Of a DNA stretch of 64,000 nucleotides, positions 1-11,756 are shown in pieces (positions within the stretch are counted from its first letter, which is position 1; the number at the start of each line of letters is the position of its first letter). The DNA comes from Lingula anatina. Its lineage: Eukaryota > Animalia > Brachiopoda. Location: positions 23,932,001-23,996,000 of the forward strand of contig CM120646.1 of assembly GCA_051362555.1 (NCBI GenBank), in the 5' to 3' direction. The position numbers and the translations under genes are program-made. The notes under the pieces were generated by a model that searched no databases, had not been told where the DNA came from, and saw only the letters and a program-made list of their open reading frames with translations.

Positions 1-1856
1 CTAATGTAGTAACCTCTAAAACATGTATACGTAATGTCACGAAATGGATATATCTTTAAAACTGTATTGTTATGGAAAGCGCGTTTTTGTGGAAGTTATT
101 AGTCATCACAACTGCTACGAAATAATTTAAAACATGGAAATTGTAGACATTTAGCTCATCTCCTAAAAATCAGTTATTTAAGAATCGTGCACGAGGTCTG
201 AAAAGTTTAACAAAATTTTCTTATCTTGAAACAGGCAAAATACTACCTGAATATATAATTACCTATCTAGAGATGCATTCCAATGCACTGTGACCTTTAA
301 TTGGTAACCGTTTATCATCAGCTAAATTCCGCAGTAAAAGACATCTGGACGATCTGCCTGCCTCAGAGAACGCTCCTACCTGCCACAACCACTGTGTACA
401 GCGTTCTCCTGCCTGGACTAGAAACTGTTCTGGACTCGATAGAATTACAGCTCCTTGGATGGAGAACGAATCAAATAAAGTCCTTCTCAAGGAAACCCAT
501 CCAGGCGTGCCTGTTCGCTTGCCGGTCACTTAATAGAGGGTATACAATCGGGTCATTAAACAATCATTTTATCTTTTAAATCGCAGCCAATGTTCGGCTC
601 ACTGTAATTGAAACATGTGGACGCCGTTATTGCCACAATTGTCCAATACGCAGGCAAATTCTATGGTGCTGCTGTATATCGCCCGTACTTTCCAAACTCG
701 ATCGAACGTTTTTTCTTTTTGCTAACCAAATGACAATCAACTGCCAATGAAATGCCGGGTATCTAGCTGCAATAATCAGCGGGGTTCTGTATATTTTATA
801 CAAAATAGGTCGATATGGAATGGGAATATCAAAACGTTCAGTATCAATGTGCAAGGTCACCCATATATTCTTATCAGTTTTGTTAAAAAAGGAAATACGT
901 AGGCCAAACCAGACTTCAATCTGAAATGATAAATTTATCTTGAGCTTTGTGTTATAAGAAATATAATACAGGTACCTGAGAATGCTACAAAGTTTGGATC
1001 ACCTTGGCTGACAATAAGATCCTAACGGCACCAACGGATGCTTCACGAACAATATGAAAACATGCATTAGCACTATTAATTTGTTTTAACCCAAGCAAAT
1101 ATAACATATAAAGGATTGAATCAAATTTAGAACACAAAGCAAAGAATATTGCCTGTTATGTAATACCATAGAGCAGTGACCGAGCACTTACTCAAAATGT
1201 TTAAACATAGACGTTTAGCGTTGCCATAATCGCCATTGTATCATTTGTATGTGGCATCTAAACTATTGACATTACAGAAAGGTGCAGAATAAGCAGGGCG
1301 TGTGAAAACCAGCAATTAATGATTCCTTTTAATGTCACACAGACGTCTGGCAGTGTTGAACAATTAACGATACAATGTGAGCCTAATGTGTTTTGTAATT
1401 AGGATACAATCTCTATGTACGATCTAGCACATCTAGTAGATGACTTAATGCACGGGTGCTTGGTTTACTTCATTTACAAAAACCCCAAACGTGTGTATTT
1501 TAAGTATCGTTTTAACATTCAAGCACGATTCATCAAATGTTTTTTTAAACATTCCCATATTCGCAACCACCCCCCCCCCAAAAAAAAAAAAAAAAAAAAA
1601 AAAAAAAACATTCAGCGGGAAAATTTCAACCAACCACGAAACATGGGTATGGTCATGGGTTTATAAAGTCAGGCAGATGAGTCACTCTCACAAACTCTGC
1701 AAAGACAATTGCTTAGTCATCTTATCATTTATCTGTGAAAAACTAATTGGATACATGGTTATGTTGGCGTGGGTGTTGTACAAATATAGCATGACAGTAT
1801 TATTAGATTTGAGTTGAACAGATGCGGCACAGCTGGTCGTGTGCCAATCTACAGTA

Positions 1857-2031
1857 ACCGGTGTAACAGGAATGGCAGTCCAACGTTGGAAGTCCGCGGG
1901 CTCCCATATGATTAGTACAGGTTTGGGTTAGTTGAAATATTGGGGTTAATATGGGGGACGAATGTCACCCGTATAAAGTCATGGGAAGCGGACTACGGTT
2001 CCTAGCGGACTTCCATCCCTGTTACACCGGG
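1857..2031. mobile_element. MITE with TA target duplication (Tc1/mariner-type)
   Basis: TA-ACCGGTGTAACAGGAATGGCAGTCC ... GGACTTCCATCCCTGTTACACCGGG-TA. Confidence 0.65.
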
Positions 2032-3595
2032 TACCTTCACTGACGTGTCCTTGCTCCAACAATTTTGTTCAACAATCCCTCCACATTATGCATTCCCCTT
2101 TTTAAGTCCTAGTTAAAACCGAAATCACATGTAGCTATGTGGGTTATTTCAAAATAATTTGAATTGTCTTCACTTTTGGGCGGAGTCTAATTTTACTGTG
2201 TCTTTTATATATCTGGCAATTAACAAGATTTAAAGTGGTATTACATTGGTGTATATACAGAAATAAAACTTGGTCAAGCAAGACTAGACGCACTGCAGGC
2301 TCAAGTTTCTCAAAAAGTGGCAAAGTACATGTATATGTTACAGACTTACGGGGTAGGACCGTGACCAATGGTACCGTATATGTAGATGGTAGACTTTTAT
2401 CAGAATATCTGGTCTATTTGACAAAGAGACAAGACTGACTAATATTTTAGACAATTTTTTTTTATCTAAGTGAACTGCTACTGGTGACTCCTTTTACAAA
2501 GTAGAGTGGAAGTCGTTTTTAGCTAACAATGTTTTGCGGAGAACGCCAGTGTGGTTCTACAGAGGTGGACCGGCAAATCTCCAATGTAAATGCTCCTTTA
2601 CACGGATTCTAGGACCCACACTTAACAGACTCAGCCCTACATGTTAACAGTTAACTTCTGAAGCAATCGTTCATTCTAAGAACTAGCTGCCCAAGGCTAT
2701 TCTACTAAGAACTAATTACTTACATGTACACGCGCACGTGCTGCACTTAATAAGGAGATTCTCAGAGCCGCCTCTCAACTCTAACTGACCTCAAATACCC
2801 AGCAGAATAGAAAATATTCCCAAGACAACAAGACCCTTGGTACTTCAGTACAAGTCCTGCAGAGAGCGATCGATAAACCTCTGTGGATGCGGCAGCTATC
2901 TATCTCCACTTAAATGGCCTCTTTTGATGTGCGCCACAATGGTTAACAACGTTAATCGACCTGAAGTTTCTTTATCTCAAGTTCTTGGATTTTTGTTGGC
3001 AATTAACAATAAAAAAAGCGTGGTAACGTGTTAAAGAAACATTCATTAACACAGAAGGAGTTGAAATGCAGTGAACGCATTTGGTTTATTAAGAGGATCG
3101 ATATAATACAGAACGTGTATGCCTCCTCCAAGTCTTCGCAGAAACCTTTGCCAATCATGAGAAAGAACAGATACGGTTTCTGTGGCAGATTTATGACTCT
3201 AAGGACTGATGTTTCTAGCGGGAAATCTTATCTTTACATCGTAATGAGAAAGTTACAATGTCTGTACTTTTCGATCTGTCGGCAAAAATTGACTGCAACA
3301 AATGATTAAAATGCAATACACATCGTTTTGGACGGGTGGAACATTTTCAACTTAAGTCAGTGAAATTTTGCATTTCAGTCCTACTGTACGCCACACAGTA
3401 ACGAGGTATCCAACGCTGATGAGATAAATATTGAGATAAAACTAAACTCACTACCAAATGTTGTGACTTCAAATGTAACTTATTCTTTTTAAGAACATTT
3501 GTACATGTACCAAAGAACGATTTTTGCTAGTCAACAGACTAAGTTTTCGCAATTCCTGGTAGACTCAATTGGTTGCACTTATATTTTTCCATTGT

Positions 3596-3801
3596 AAATC
3601 ACTGATATAAATCCATCGCAACTTCTGAGTTCTGGCTAGATAGTCACTAATGTAAATGCCACATGACTTTTGAATTCTGGCAATGAAATCACTGGTCTAA
3701 ATCCCCGATGACTTCTGGGTATAAAATCATTGATATAAATCTGCCATGACTTCCGAATTCTCAATATAAAATCATTGATATAAATCTGCCATGACTTCTG
3801 C
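3596..3801 (-). repeat. ~45-bp degenerate tandem repeat (5 copies) spanning the HSF2BP stop codon
   Basis: Units start at ~3596, 3641, 3686, 3724 and 3769 (aaatcaytgatataaatctgccatgacttc...). The copy at 3769 is the real CDS end. Confidence 0.75.
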
Positions 3802-6800
3802 ACTCAGTATTCGTAAATATGTGTTCTTTGCAGCTGTACACTTCTGTAGATATTCCAGGGACAACTAAAAAGAAAAGAAAATCATCAACAACAGACCAGC
3901 ACAGTATCACGTTTATGAAAAACACTGATATTTCTCAACATTTCTACGCTACTTCCATAAAAAACAAATTATGTAAAAAAATGAATATATTATATATAGT
4001 AATACTAATAACAATATCGGTATATGCATTGTTTAACATAAAAGAATCTTGAGATCATAAACAAACCATATCACTGGCTTCATCAAAGACCCTGATGTTC
4101 ATCTTGTGTAATAATAATAATATAAATAATAATTATCTTTATAATAATGATATCGTTAACAAACCATATCACTGGCTTCATCAAGGACCCTGGTGTTCAT
4201 CTTGTGTAATAATAATAATATAAATAATAATTATCTTTATAATACAGTAATGATATCGTTAACAAACCATATCTCTGGCTTCGTCAAGGACCCTGATGTT
4301 CCTCTTGTCACAGGTCAGGGACTGAATGACACGAAGAGCGTTCACTTGGTTCTCTGTCTCTCTCTCATCTGTAATGATAAAATTACACACCAAGACAGTA
4401 TTCTACAGTCCATAACATCATATATACGAGTTCTAATTGGGTTTAAATTTTAAAGGATGTCACTATGTAATATCGAGTAATTAGGTTACAGGTCCATGGT
4501 TTAATGTGGTACTCAGATCATGTACTGGTACAGAGATGGTACAGGTCCATGGTTTAATGTGGTACTCAGATCATGTACTGGTACAGAGACGGTACAGGTC
4601 CATGGTTTAATGTGGTACTCAGATCACGTACTGGTACAGAGACGGTACAGGTCCATGGTTTAATGTGGTACTCAGATCATGTACTGGTACAGAGATGGTA
4701 CAGGTCCATGGTTTAATGTGGTACTCAGATCACGTACTGGTACAGAGACGGTACAGGTCCATGGTTTAATGTGGTACTCAGATCATGTACTGGTACAGAG
4801 ATGGTACAGGTCCATGGTTTAATGTGGTACTCAGATCATGTACTGGTACAGAGATGGTACAGGTCCATGGTTTAATGTGGTACTCAGATCATGTACTGGT
4901 ACAGAGACGGTACAGGTACAACGCGTGTTACATGCGATAACACTACCACTTACGAAATTGTCTCAACTGGGGCAGAAAAGCATGCTTTTGTGTCAGATAT
5001 GTGTATAAAACTATCATTTTTAACTATTTATCTAGATAAATGTGTATTTACCAAGTCTAAAGTACGTGTAACACATCATACCGGTATACAGAAAACTGGC
5101 AGTAGAAATGTGGTGTGTCCTAACATAATCTCAACCTTAATTAGGATCTCAACTGACGCAATCCCCTTCCCCGGTTCTGAGTAGCTTCTCTGTAGAACGC
5201 AATGTCATCCACTTCTATGTACCTTAGCACAACTGACATATTCCACACACCTTTAATTGTGAACACATACTGATTTCAGAGTACAAACTACTATTCTTAA
5301 ATGGCCAAAGAACGAGAAATGACAAAAAACTAGACAACTAAAATTTCAGAGCTGTGGGGAATTATACAGCTGTGATAGTGGATTATTTAACCTGTTTTTC
5401 ACATGATAAAAAATTGATTTCTATACTTTAAGAGCTGAAATGTTAACCCACCTTGAAGCAACCATGCCAATAGTCCCATTAAGCCAGCCCTGTTGCTGAG
5501 GTACTTTAGTCCTTTTTCATTAATGCTGATATTGTACAATGTCATCAGCATCAGGCTGGAAATATAGTGAAAAGTTACACCTACTTATTTCTGGCTGTTA
5601 AAATCATTATATGAAATTATCATTCTATTAAAGCAAAATATCTATATATTCATTTGTATGTACATGTTTTCATTGTTTGGTCTTAAAATAAGACAATTTT
5701 TTTGCATTTAACTTCTTACGTTTCTTTCAATAAAAATATGTTTAATTTCATTTAAATCTAAAATGGTTAAAAAGTGCATCCAAAATTAAAACCCATATTT
5801 ACTGAAGTGAATTTACTAAAAGCATTACACAATTTATACATATTTCTTTACTTTTTAATCCTAGTCCAGATGTATTTATTTGGAGCCTCTGATAACACAT
5901 TCACAAATGTATCCACAACACCTTGATCCTTGGACATCAGGAACTCACGCCCATAAGATGACGCTGTGATGTCTGGAATTTAACAAATAAAAATCGAAGG
6001 AAAAAATGTACAAATTTTTGTTCCATGAAGCTACCTGAATACACCATATTATCTCCAAAGTTACAGACAGATACGTGAAGGTTTTGTCTATACAACTTTT
6101 GTCCATATTTTCAGTTAACTTCACCGTACTAGTACAATGGTGCCCCAGCTGCTGCCTACATTATTATAAACTTCAATGATGACAGCAGATAGTTACTGTA
6201 CCACAATATCTTACTTGTAATAATTCCGCACAAGGCACACACAAAGTGGACTTCCTCTGTCTGTCCCTGGGGGATATCTTCTCTGTAAGTAGCCAGGAAA
6301 CTGTCCAGAGTGGTACACGCCATGTCCAGGAATTCCTGGCTCTTGCTCTGGAACATGGATAATCATGAGGTTAACAACATTTTTTATCAAGCTGGTGAAA
6401 TACAACATGCTTGTTTATCTAACATATAATGATAAAGCTTGAGGACAATTCTTTGAGTCTTAATTGTGCACATAAAAGCCTCATGTCTTCAGAGAGTACC
6501 CTCCATAACAGAGTAATTTATAAATAATAACCATACTTACCCCAGCCAGTATAGACTGAATACTTTCCTCACACTGTGATACCCTCTATAACAGAGTAAT
6601 TTATAAATAATAACCATACTTACCCCAGCCAGTATAGACTGAATACTTTCCTCACACTGTGATACCCTCCATAACAGAGTAATTTATAAATAATAACCAT
6701 ACTTACCCCAGCCAGTATAGACTGAATACTTTCCTCACACTGTGATACCCTCTATAACAGAGTAATTTATAAATAATAACCATACTTACCCCAGCCAGTA

Positions 6801-9514
6801 TAGACTGAATACTCTCCTCACATTGTGATACCCTCCATAGCAGAGTAATTTATAAATAATAACCATACTTACCCCAGCCAGTATAGACTGAATACTCTCC
6901 TCACATTGTGATACCCTCCATAGCAGAGTAATTTATAAATAATAACCATACTTACCCCAGCCAGTATAGACTGAATACTCTCCTCACATTGTGATACCCT
7001 CCATAACAGAGTAATTTATAAATAATAACCATACTTACCCCAGCCAGTATAGACTGAATACTTTCCTCACATTGTGATACCCTCCATAGCAGAGTAATTT
7101 ATAAATAATAACCATACTTACCCCAGCCAGTATAGACTGAATACTCTCCTCACATTGTGATACCCTCCATAGCAGAGTAATTTATAAATAATAACCATAC
7201 TTACCCCAGCCAGTATAGACTGAATACTCTCCTCACATTGTGATACCCTCCATAGCAGAGTAATTTATAAATAATAACCATACTTACCCCAGCCAGTATA
7301 GACTGAATACTCTCCTCACATTGTGATACCCTCCATAGCAGGGTACAAGCAGCAGACCCCATCCCTGCACAGTATTCAGACTGTTGACTGAGCTCTGCTG
7401 TCAGTGCCTGGATCTCCTGGTGAAGCTTAAACTTTTCCTAAAATTGAACAAATACTGTAAAGTAAGCGCCCTGAGTTTCACATGTCTCTGATCACTAACA
7501 TCTTTACTATCACCAAGTGTCTTCCCTCAATGAGATCCAAGGGGCCTCAGAATCTCAGGGTAAATTAGTCCAGGTACAAACTACATTTCTGCTGCTACAT
7601 ACAGCTACTATGGCAAACACTGTTACTACTATTTCAGACCTGTAGCTAGCAATTTCAAATGGGGGGTAGTTTTCTTAAAAAGTGAACTTTTTACCATAAA
7701 CCTTTTTTGTACCTAGATCAAATTTTTCCAAAGTGGACCTTTTCCCATCAAAAAGGGCGGTTCTTTAGAACCCCCCAAACCCCCCCTGGCTATGGGCCTG
7801 TAGTTCATCACTTCACCAAAAGATGGCACCACATTCCAGTGAAGATGTTAGACATATCATACAAATGCCACTGATGACTTTACTGCACAATTTGTTAATT
7901 ATGCAAAATGTTATGGGAGTCTGTCACAAATCTTTCAATTTATTATCTCTTACATGTACTGCTCCGACAGTTAACCTTATCACATATATTAGCAAAAAAT
8001 TTATAAAAATTAAATAAATAGATAAAGATAAATAAGGAAAAAAAAGGGAAAAAGAAAAGAAAGAAAGAGATATTGAACACAATTTCATTTTATAGCTAAT
8101 ATTTATAATCACCTGTTTCTCTAACTCACACTCTGCTAGCAGGGTTTCATACCTGGCTTGCCAGTGTTGTCTCTCTGCATGTGCCTCCTCATTCTCAGTT
8201 CTCAAAGTATTCATGTCTACAGATATAACTAGAAATATTATACTAACATAAGAGAACAAGACTTTGGTATATCAGTTTTATATATATACCGTTAGCTGCT
8301 TGTTACATCTAAATTAACACTATGTTGTGTAAGCTCCAGGTCAGAGGGGTGGGGTGGGGGGTTGGTGGGGTGGATGGTTGGGGAGGTGGGGGGTTGGTGG
8401 GGTGGATGGTTGGGGAGGTGGGGGGTTGGTGGGGTGGAGGGTTGGGAGGTGGGGGGTTGGTGGGGTGGAGGGGTGGGGAGGTGGAGGGTTGGGGAGGTGG
8501 GGGGTTGGTGGGGTGGAGGGTTGGGGAGGTGGGGGGTTGGTGGGGTGGGGGGTTGGTGGGGTGGAGGGTTGGGGAGGTGGGGGGTTGGTGGGGTGGAGGG
8601 TTGGGGAGGTGGGGGGTTGGTGGGGTGGAGGGTTGGGGAGGTGGGGGTTGGAGGGGTCTTTTCTTGACATCCATTCACCATAACTTCACACCATTGTTAC
8701 TCTACTGCAAAATTATTATATTATCCACATAAACAACTTAAAATTTTGAAACATCTTTTTTATTCTAATAGTACAGCTCAAAATTATGTACACTAGTACA
8801 ATATTTTGACAGACTATAATATGACTAATATCATATGAGTCATGTTCACAAGACTTCACTGCACACTTGTCTCTTATCCTGTGTCGAGGAGCAAATGCTA
8901 CTTTTTACAACAGCTTTGTTTTACCAAACATAGACGGTTAATGGCAACAAACAGACCACAGAAATATGCATGAGTGAATCTTAGATTTGTTTTACATGTG
9001 CATGCATACACACATCTGCACACTCGCACACACCCAGAAAGCAACCTCAATCTTTACCCCCCTCTTGTAAGCTACTGTATAAATACCTTCTTCTGCTACT
9101 GCAAGCTGCGAATATGCTGACTTGAAATCATTGTCCAAAACTTTGGGCAGGTTTTGTTGGAGCATTCTAACCTGTCTTTTTAAAGCAGTCAAGTCTTTTC
9201 TTGACACGGTCACTGCATCTTTATTGGTCTTGGAAACAACAGGAAACTTTTATCTTTAAATCAAATTATTTTAAAAAGTTGCTTTCTTTCATAGTAGATA
9301 CTTTCACTTTACGTAATTATGTATCAGTCATTAAAAATAAAATAACATTGCTAACAGTTAATTTTAAAGCCTGGTCCTTTTAAATCATATTGTATATATG
9401 AATCAAAATTGCATCTTAATCATTTCTTGAAAAAAATACAACTTAGTAAGTTTCAGAATAATAGCTTTCTTTTGCATTTAATTGCTTCCATTAAGACTGC
9501 CAGGGCGAGCATTC

Positions 9515-9545
<31 letters not shown>

Positions 9546-10263
9546 AAACTGCTGACAGTTACACAAATTTTATTGTTATTATGAAACAATTAATACTGTC
9601 ATTTACTTGATCTTGGCCAGCTGTGTTTCTTTTAATATCTTCCCATTCCTCTGTCACTGCCACTAAATTTGACTTCACCTGTTTACTTAGAGACAACTGA
9701 AAAAATGGAATATATAGAGAGAGGATGGCCTAGTCTAGGTCTGATGTGTTGTATACACAGTGGAAGAGATCTAAGGTGGTCTTGGGGGTGGGGTGGGGGT
9801 GTCAGGAACTCATCCTAGAAAATGACTGTAAGTGGAAGTATTTTATTTACTACTAACAATTTTTTTCACATCTTTATTACCACTCTACGTTGTATGAGCA
9901 CCAGGTCAGGGGGGTGGGGTGGAGCGTCTTTTCTTGGCGACTGTGTATCTTTTAACTCAACAACATCGTCACTCTCCTGCAAATTTTTTTAATTACCCAC
10001 TTCAATACCCCCAGATTGCACATCATAATATTCTTGCCAGTGTTCAAACTTAATGAATGAAATAAGCATTATATCACAAAGCTGTCTGTGAGTTTCAAGT
10101 GTCAAAAGTGTTTTGACGCGGCTTTAGTTTTCAAAAACAAATTATCGAATTGTAAAACGAATTCTGTACGACTTAAAACTTCATTTTTTTAGTTTTTGTT
10201 AAGTAACTCCAAAGTGTCCTTTCTTACCACCGTTTGTGCAAGTTCTGCGACAACTTTATCCAT
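3772..10263 (-). CDS. HSF2BP: Heat shock factor 2-binding protein (HSF2BP/MEILB2), coiled-coil plus armadillo-like, ~357 aa, 10 coding exons
   Basis: Exons (minus): 10228-10263, 9607-9696, 9087-9228, 8113-8216, 7288-7437, 6215-6347, 5852-5972, 5452-5555, 4268-4368, 3772-3864. All introns are GT-AG and phases are consistent (1074 nt). Peptides VTVSRKDLTALKRQVRMLQQNLPKVL, QQSEYCAGMGSAACTLLWRVSQCEESIQSILAG, FVCALCGIITNITASSYGREFL and LMLMTLYNISINEKGLKYLS match vertebrate HSF2BP as I recall it (VKVRKKDL..., QQAEYCTEMGAAACTLLWGVS..., LMLMSLYNVSINLKGLKYIS). The first two exons rest on splice signals and frame only. Confidence 0.92.
4060..4308 (-). repeat. ~100-bp tandem repeat (3 copies) of HSF2BP exon-9 end plus splice donor
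   Basis: acaaaccatatc..tggcttc.tcaa.gaccctg.tgttc.tcttgt at 4061, 4159 and 4262 (periods 98 and 103). Confidence 0.85.
4485..4917. repeat. 53-bp minisatellite, 8 copies, inside HSF2BP intron 8
   Basis: Unit ggtacaggtccatggtttaatgtggtactcagatcaygtactggtacagagay, period 53. Confidence 0.95.
6497..7341 (-). repeat. 83-bp tandem array (10 donors) of HSF2BP exon-5 end plus GTAAGT donor
   Basis: acttac (reverse complement of GTAAGT) recurs every 83 bp from 6535 to 7282. Each unit is 54 bp of exon plus 29 bp of intron. Confidence 0.95.
7635..7800. mobile_element. Short non-autonomous DNA transposon/MITE
   Basis: Imperfect TIRs CAGACCTGTAGCTAG ... CTGGCTATGGGCCTG; no clean TSD. Confidence 0.5.
8346..8656. 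repeat. G-rich ~32-bp minisatellite (G-quadruplex-prone) in HSF2BP intron 3
   Basis: Unit ggggttggtggggtggagggttggggaggtgg, about 9-10 imperfect copies. Confidence 0.92.
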
Positions 10264-10765
10264 TGTTTAAATATTCTCCGGCACAAAAGTGGCAAAAGTA
10301 CTCAAAAAAATGTTCGTCCGCTAATGAGCACTTACTATACACCGATGTGACTGACATGACATCACCAGATCTCAATAAGAGCAGAAAAATTATACGAATT
10401 CTTGGTGTATCATTTTGAGGGAAATTTCAAAAACAGTTTTGACAATATTAAACAAAAAGATAAATACCAGAGAGAAGCCAAAACACAAAGCATAAATACT
10501 CGCACTTCAGAATATTCGCACAATCGAACACAATCAAATTCAACTTGAAACAATAGTCTCAACTAACACATTATAGGCCTACCTGCAGTAATGTTTATAT
10601 CGCTGAACAAATTAAACAAATGGCAAAATAAGGTAAAAAAAAAGTTTTATTTCCTAGAATAATTTCGATTGTGCAGTGTAATATTATGATACTGAAGTGG
10701 AACATTAAACGAGCCAAACAAAGGGATGTTTCTAAAAATATTATTTTATTAATCTCTCCCTATTC

Positions 10766-10768
<3 letters not shown>

Positions 10769-10805
<37 letters not shown>
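10769..10805. repeat. (CT)n microsatellite
   Basis: Seen directly. Confidence 0.9.
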
Positions 10806-10809
<4 letters not shown>

Positions 10810-11371
10810 CTACGTATTTACCAACTCTACTTATTGATTATCACTCAAAATCATCAAAGGTAATTTTACCTGAATCTAAATTTACTTAACAAATATGGCT
10901 TGAAAAAAACGACACCGATATTTCGGTCAATAAAATACAGAACACAAAAAACATTGTCAACAATTCAACAAATTTAAACAACAATCAGGCATTCGATAAA
11001 AATGCTGTTAAAAACCAGAGGCCATTCTTGTTTTGAGGCAGTGCAAAAGTACGTTGCACATGACACACTGAATATATTGAGGATTTCCAGGTAAAACGGT
11101 GGAAATGACGTAATGCTACTGAGTTCATCACCAAAGGAATAGACTGAACTGTGACTGGAGACCATCTCCAATAGAAAACAGACAAAACTCTACTGATAAT
11201 ATACAACCTGATATCACGAATAATCAAAAGGGTCTATACCTATACTGTACATGTAGGGACCCTACTACAGCAATAAATATTAGATTTCTACCATAATTGC
11301 ACCAATGTATCGCTTATGTATACATCTATAATACGTTCACTGTTCTACGCCGTGTGCATTTCTAAGGGACC

Positions 11372-11620
11372 AATTCTAGACCCTATAGTACAAACTAAGG
11401 ATTGATCTATCTCCGAGGGGATTCACGCTATTAAATTTCAGTTAACCTAAGCGGCTTAGATGTCTGTCACGCCTTTTGAAGGGGGTAATTAATTATGGTT
11501 TAGCAGCTTCAGTAGGCGTTACAGACACCTAAGCTGTTTAAGCTGAAAGCAATTTAGCGAGAAATTCTTCGGAGATAAATCGATCCTGTTAGATCGATCT
11601 AGGCACGGGAACGCAGTCTA
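11372..11620. mobile_element. Palindromic MITE-like dispersed repeat (~250 bp); other copies at ~17975-18245 and inverted at ~22308-22575
   Basis: Shared sequence agaccctat..tac...tatctcc.agggg...gcggcttaga...tcacgcct and its internal mirror ...gatcgatctagg..gaac..agtcta. Confidence 0.7.
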
Positions 11621-11756
11621 AGTGTGCTCTACAGATGACCGGCAAGTGGTCCACTTTCATCTAAAGGAATTCTACTAATATCAAAATAAAAAGACCCACA
11701 TTTACGACCGACGTATTCTGAAAAACCCCGATTAAATAGCTTATGCTGAATGAAAG

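Noticed and set aside
263-579. Overlapping 88-92 aa ORFs with a possible minus-strand donor at 262
   Set aside because: No recognisable protein similarity. It could be an exon of a gene extending outside the window, but this is unsupported.
8292-8732. Six Pro-rich or Gly/Trp-rich ORFs
   Set aside because: Stop-free by-product of the G-rich minisatellite inside an HSF2BP intron.
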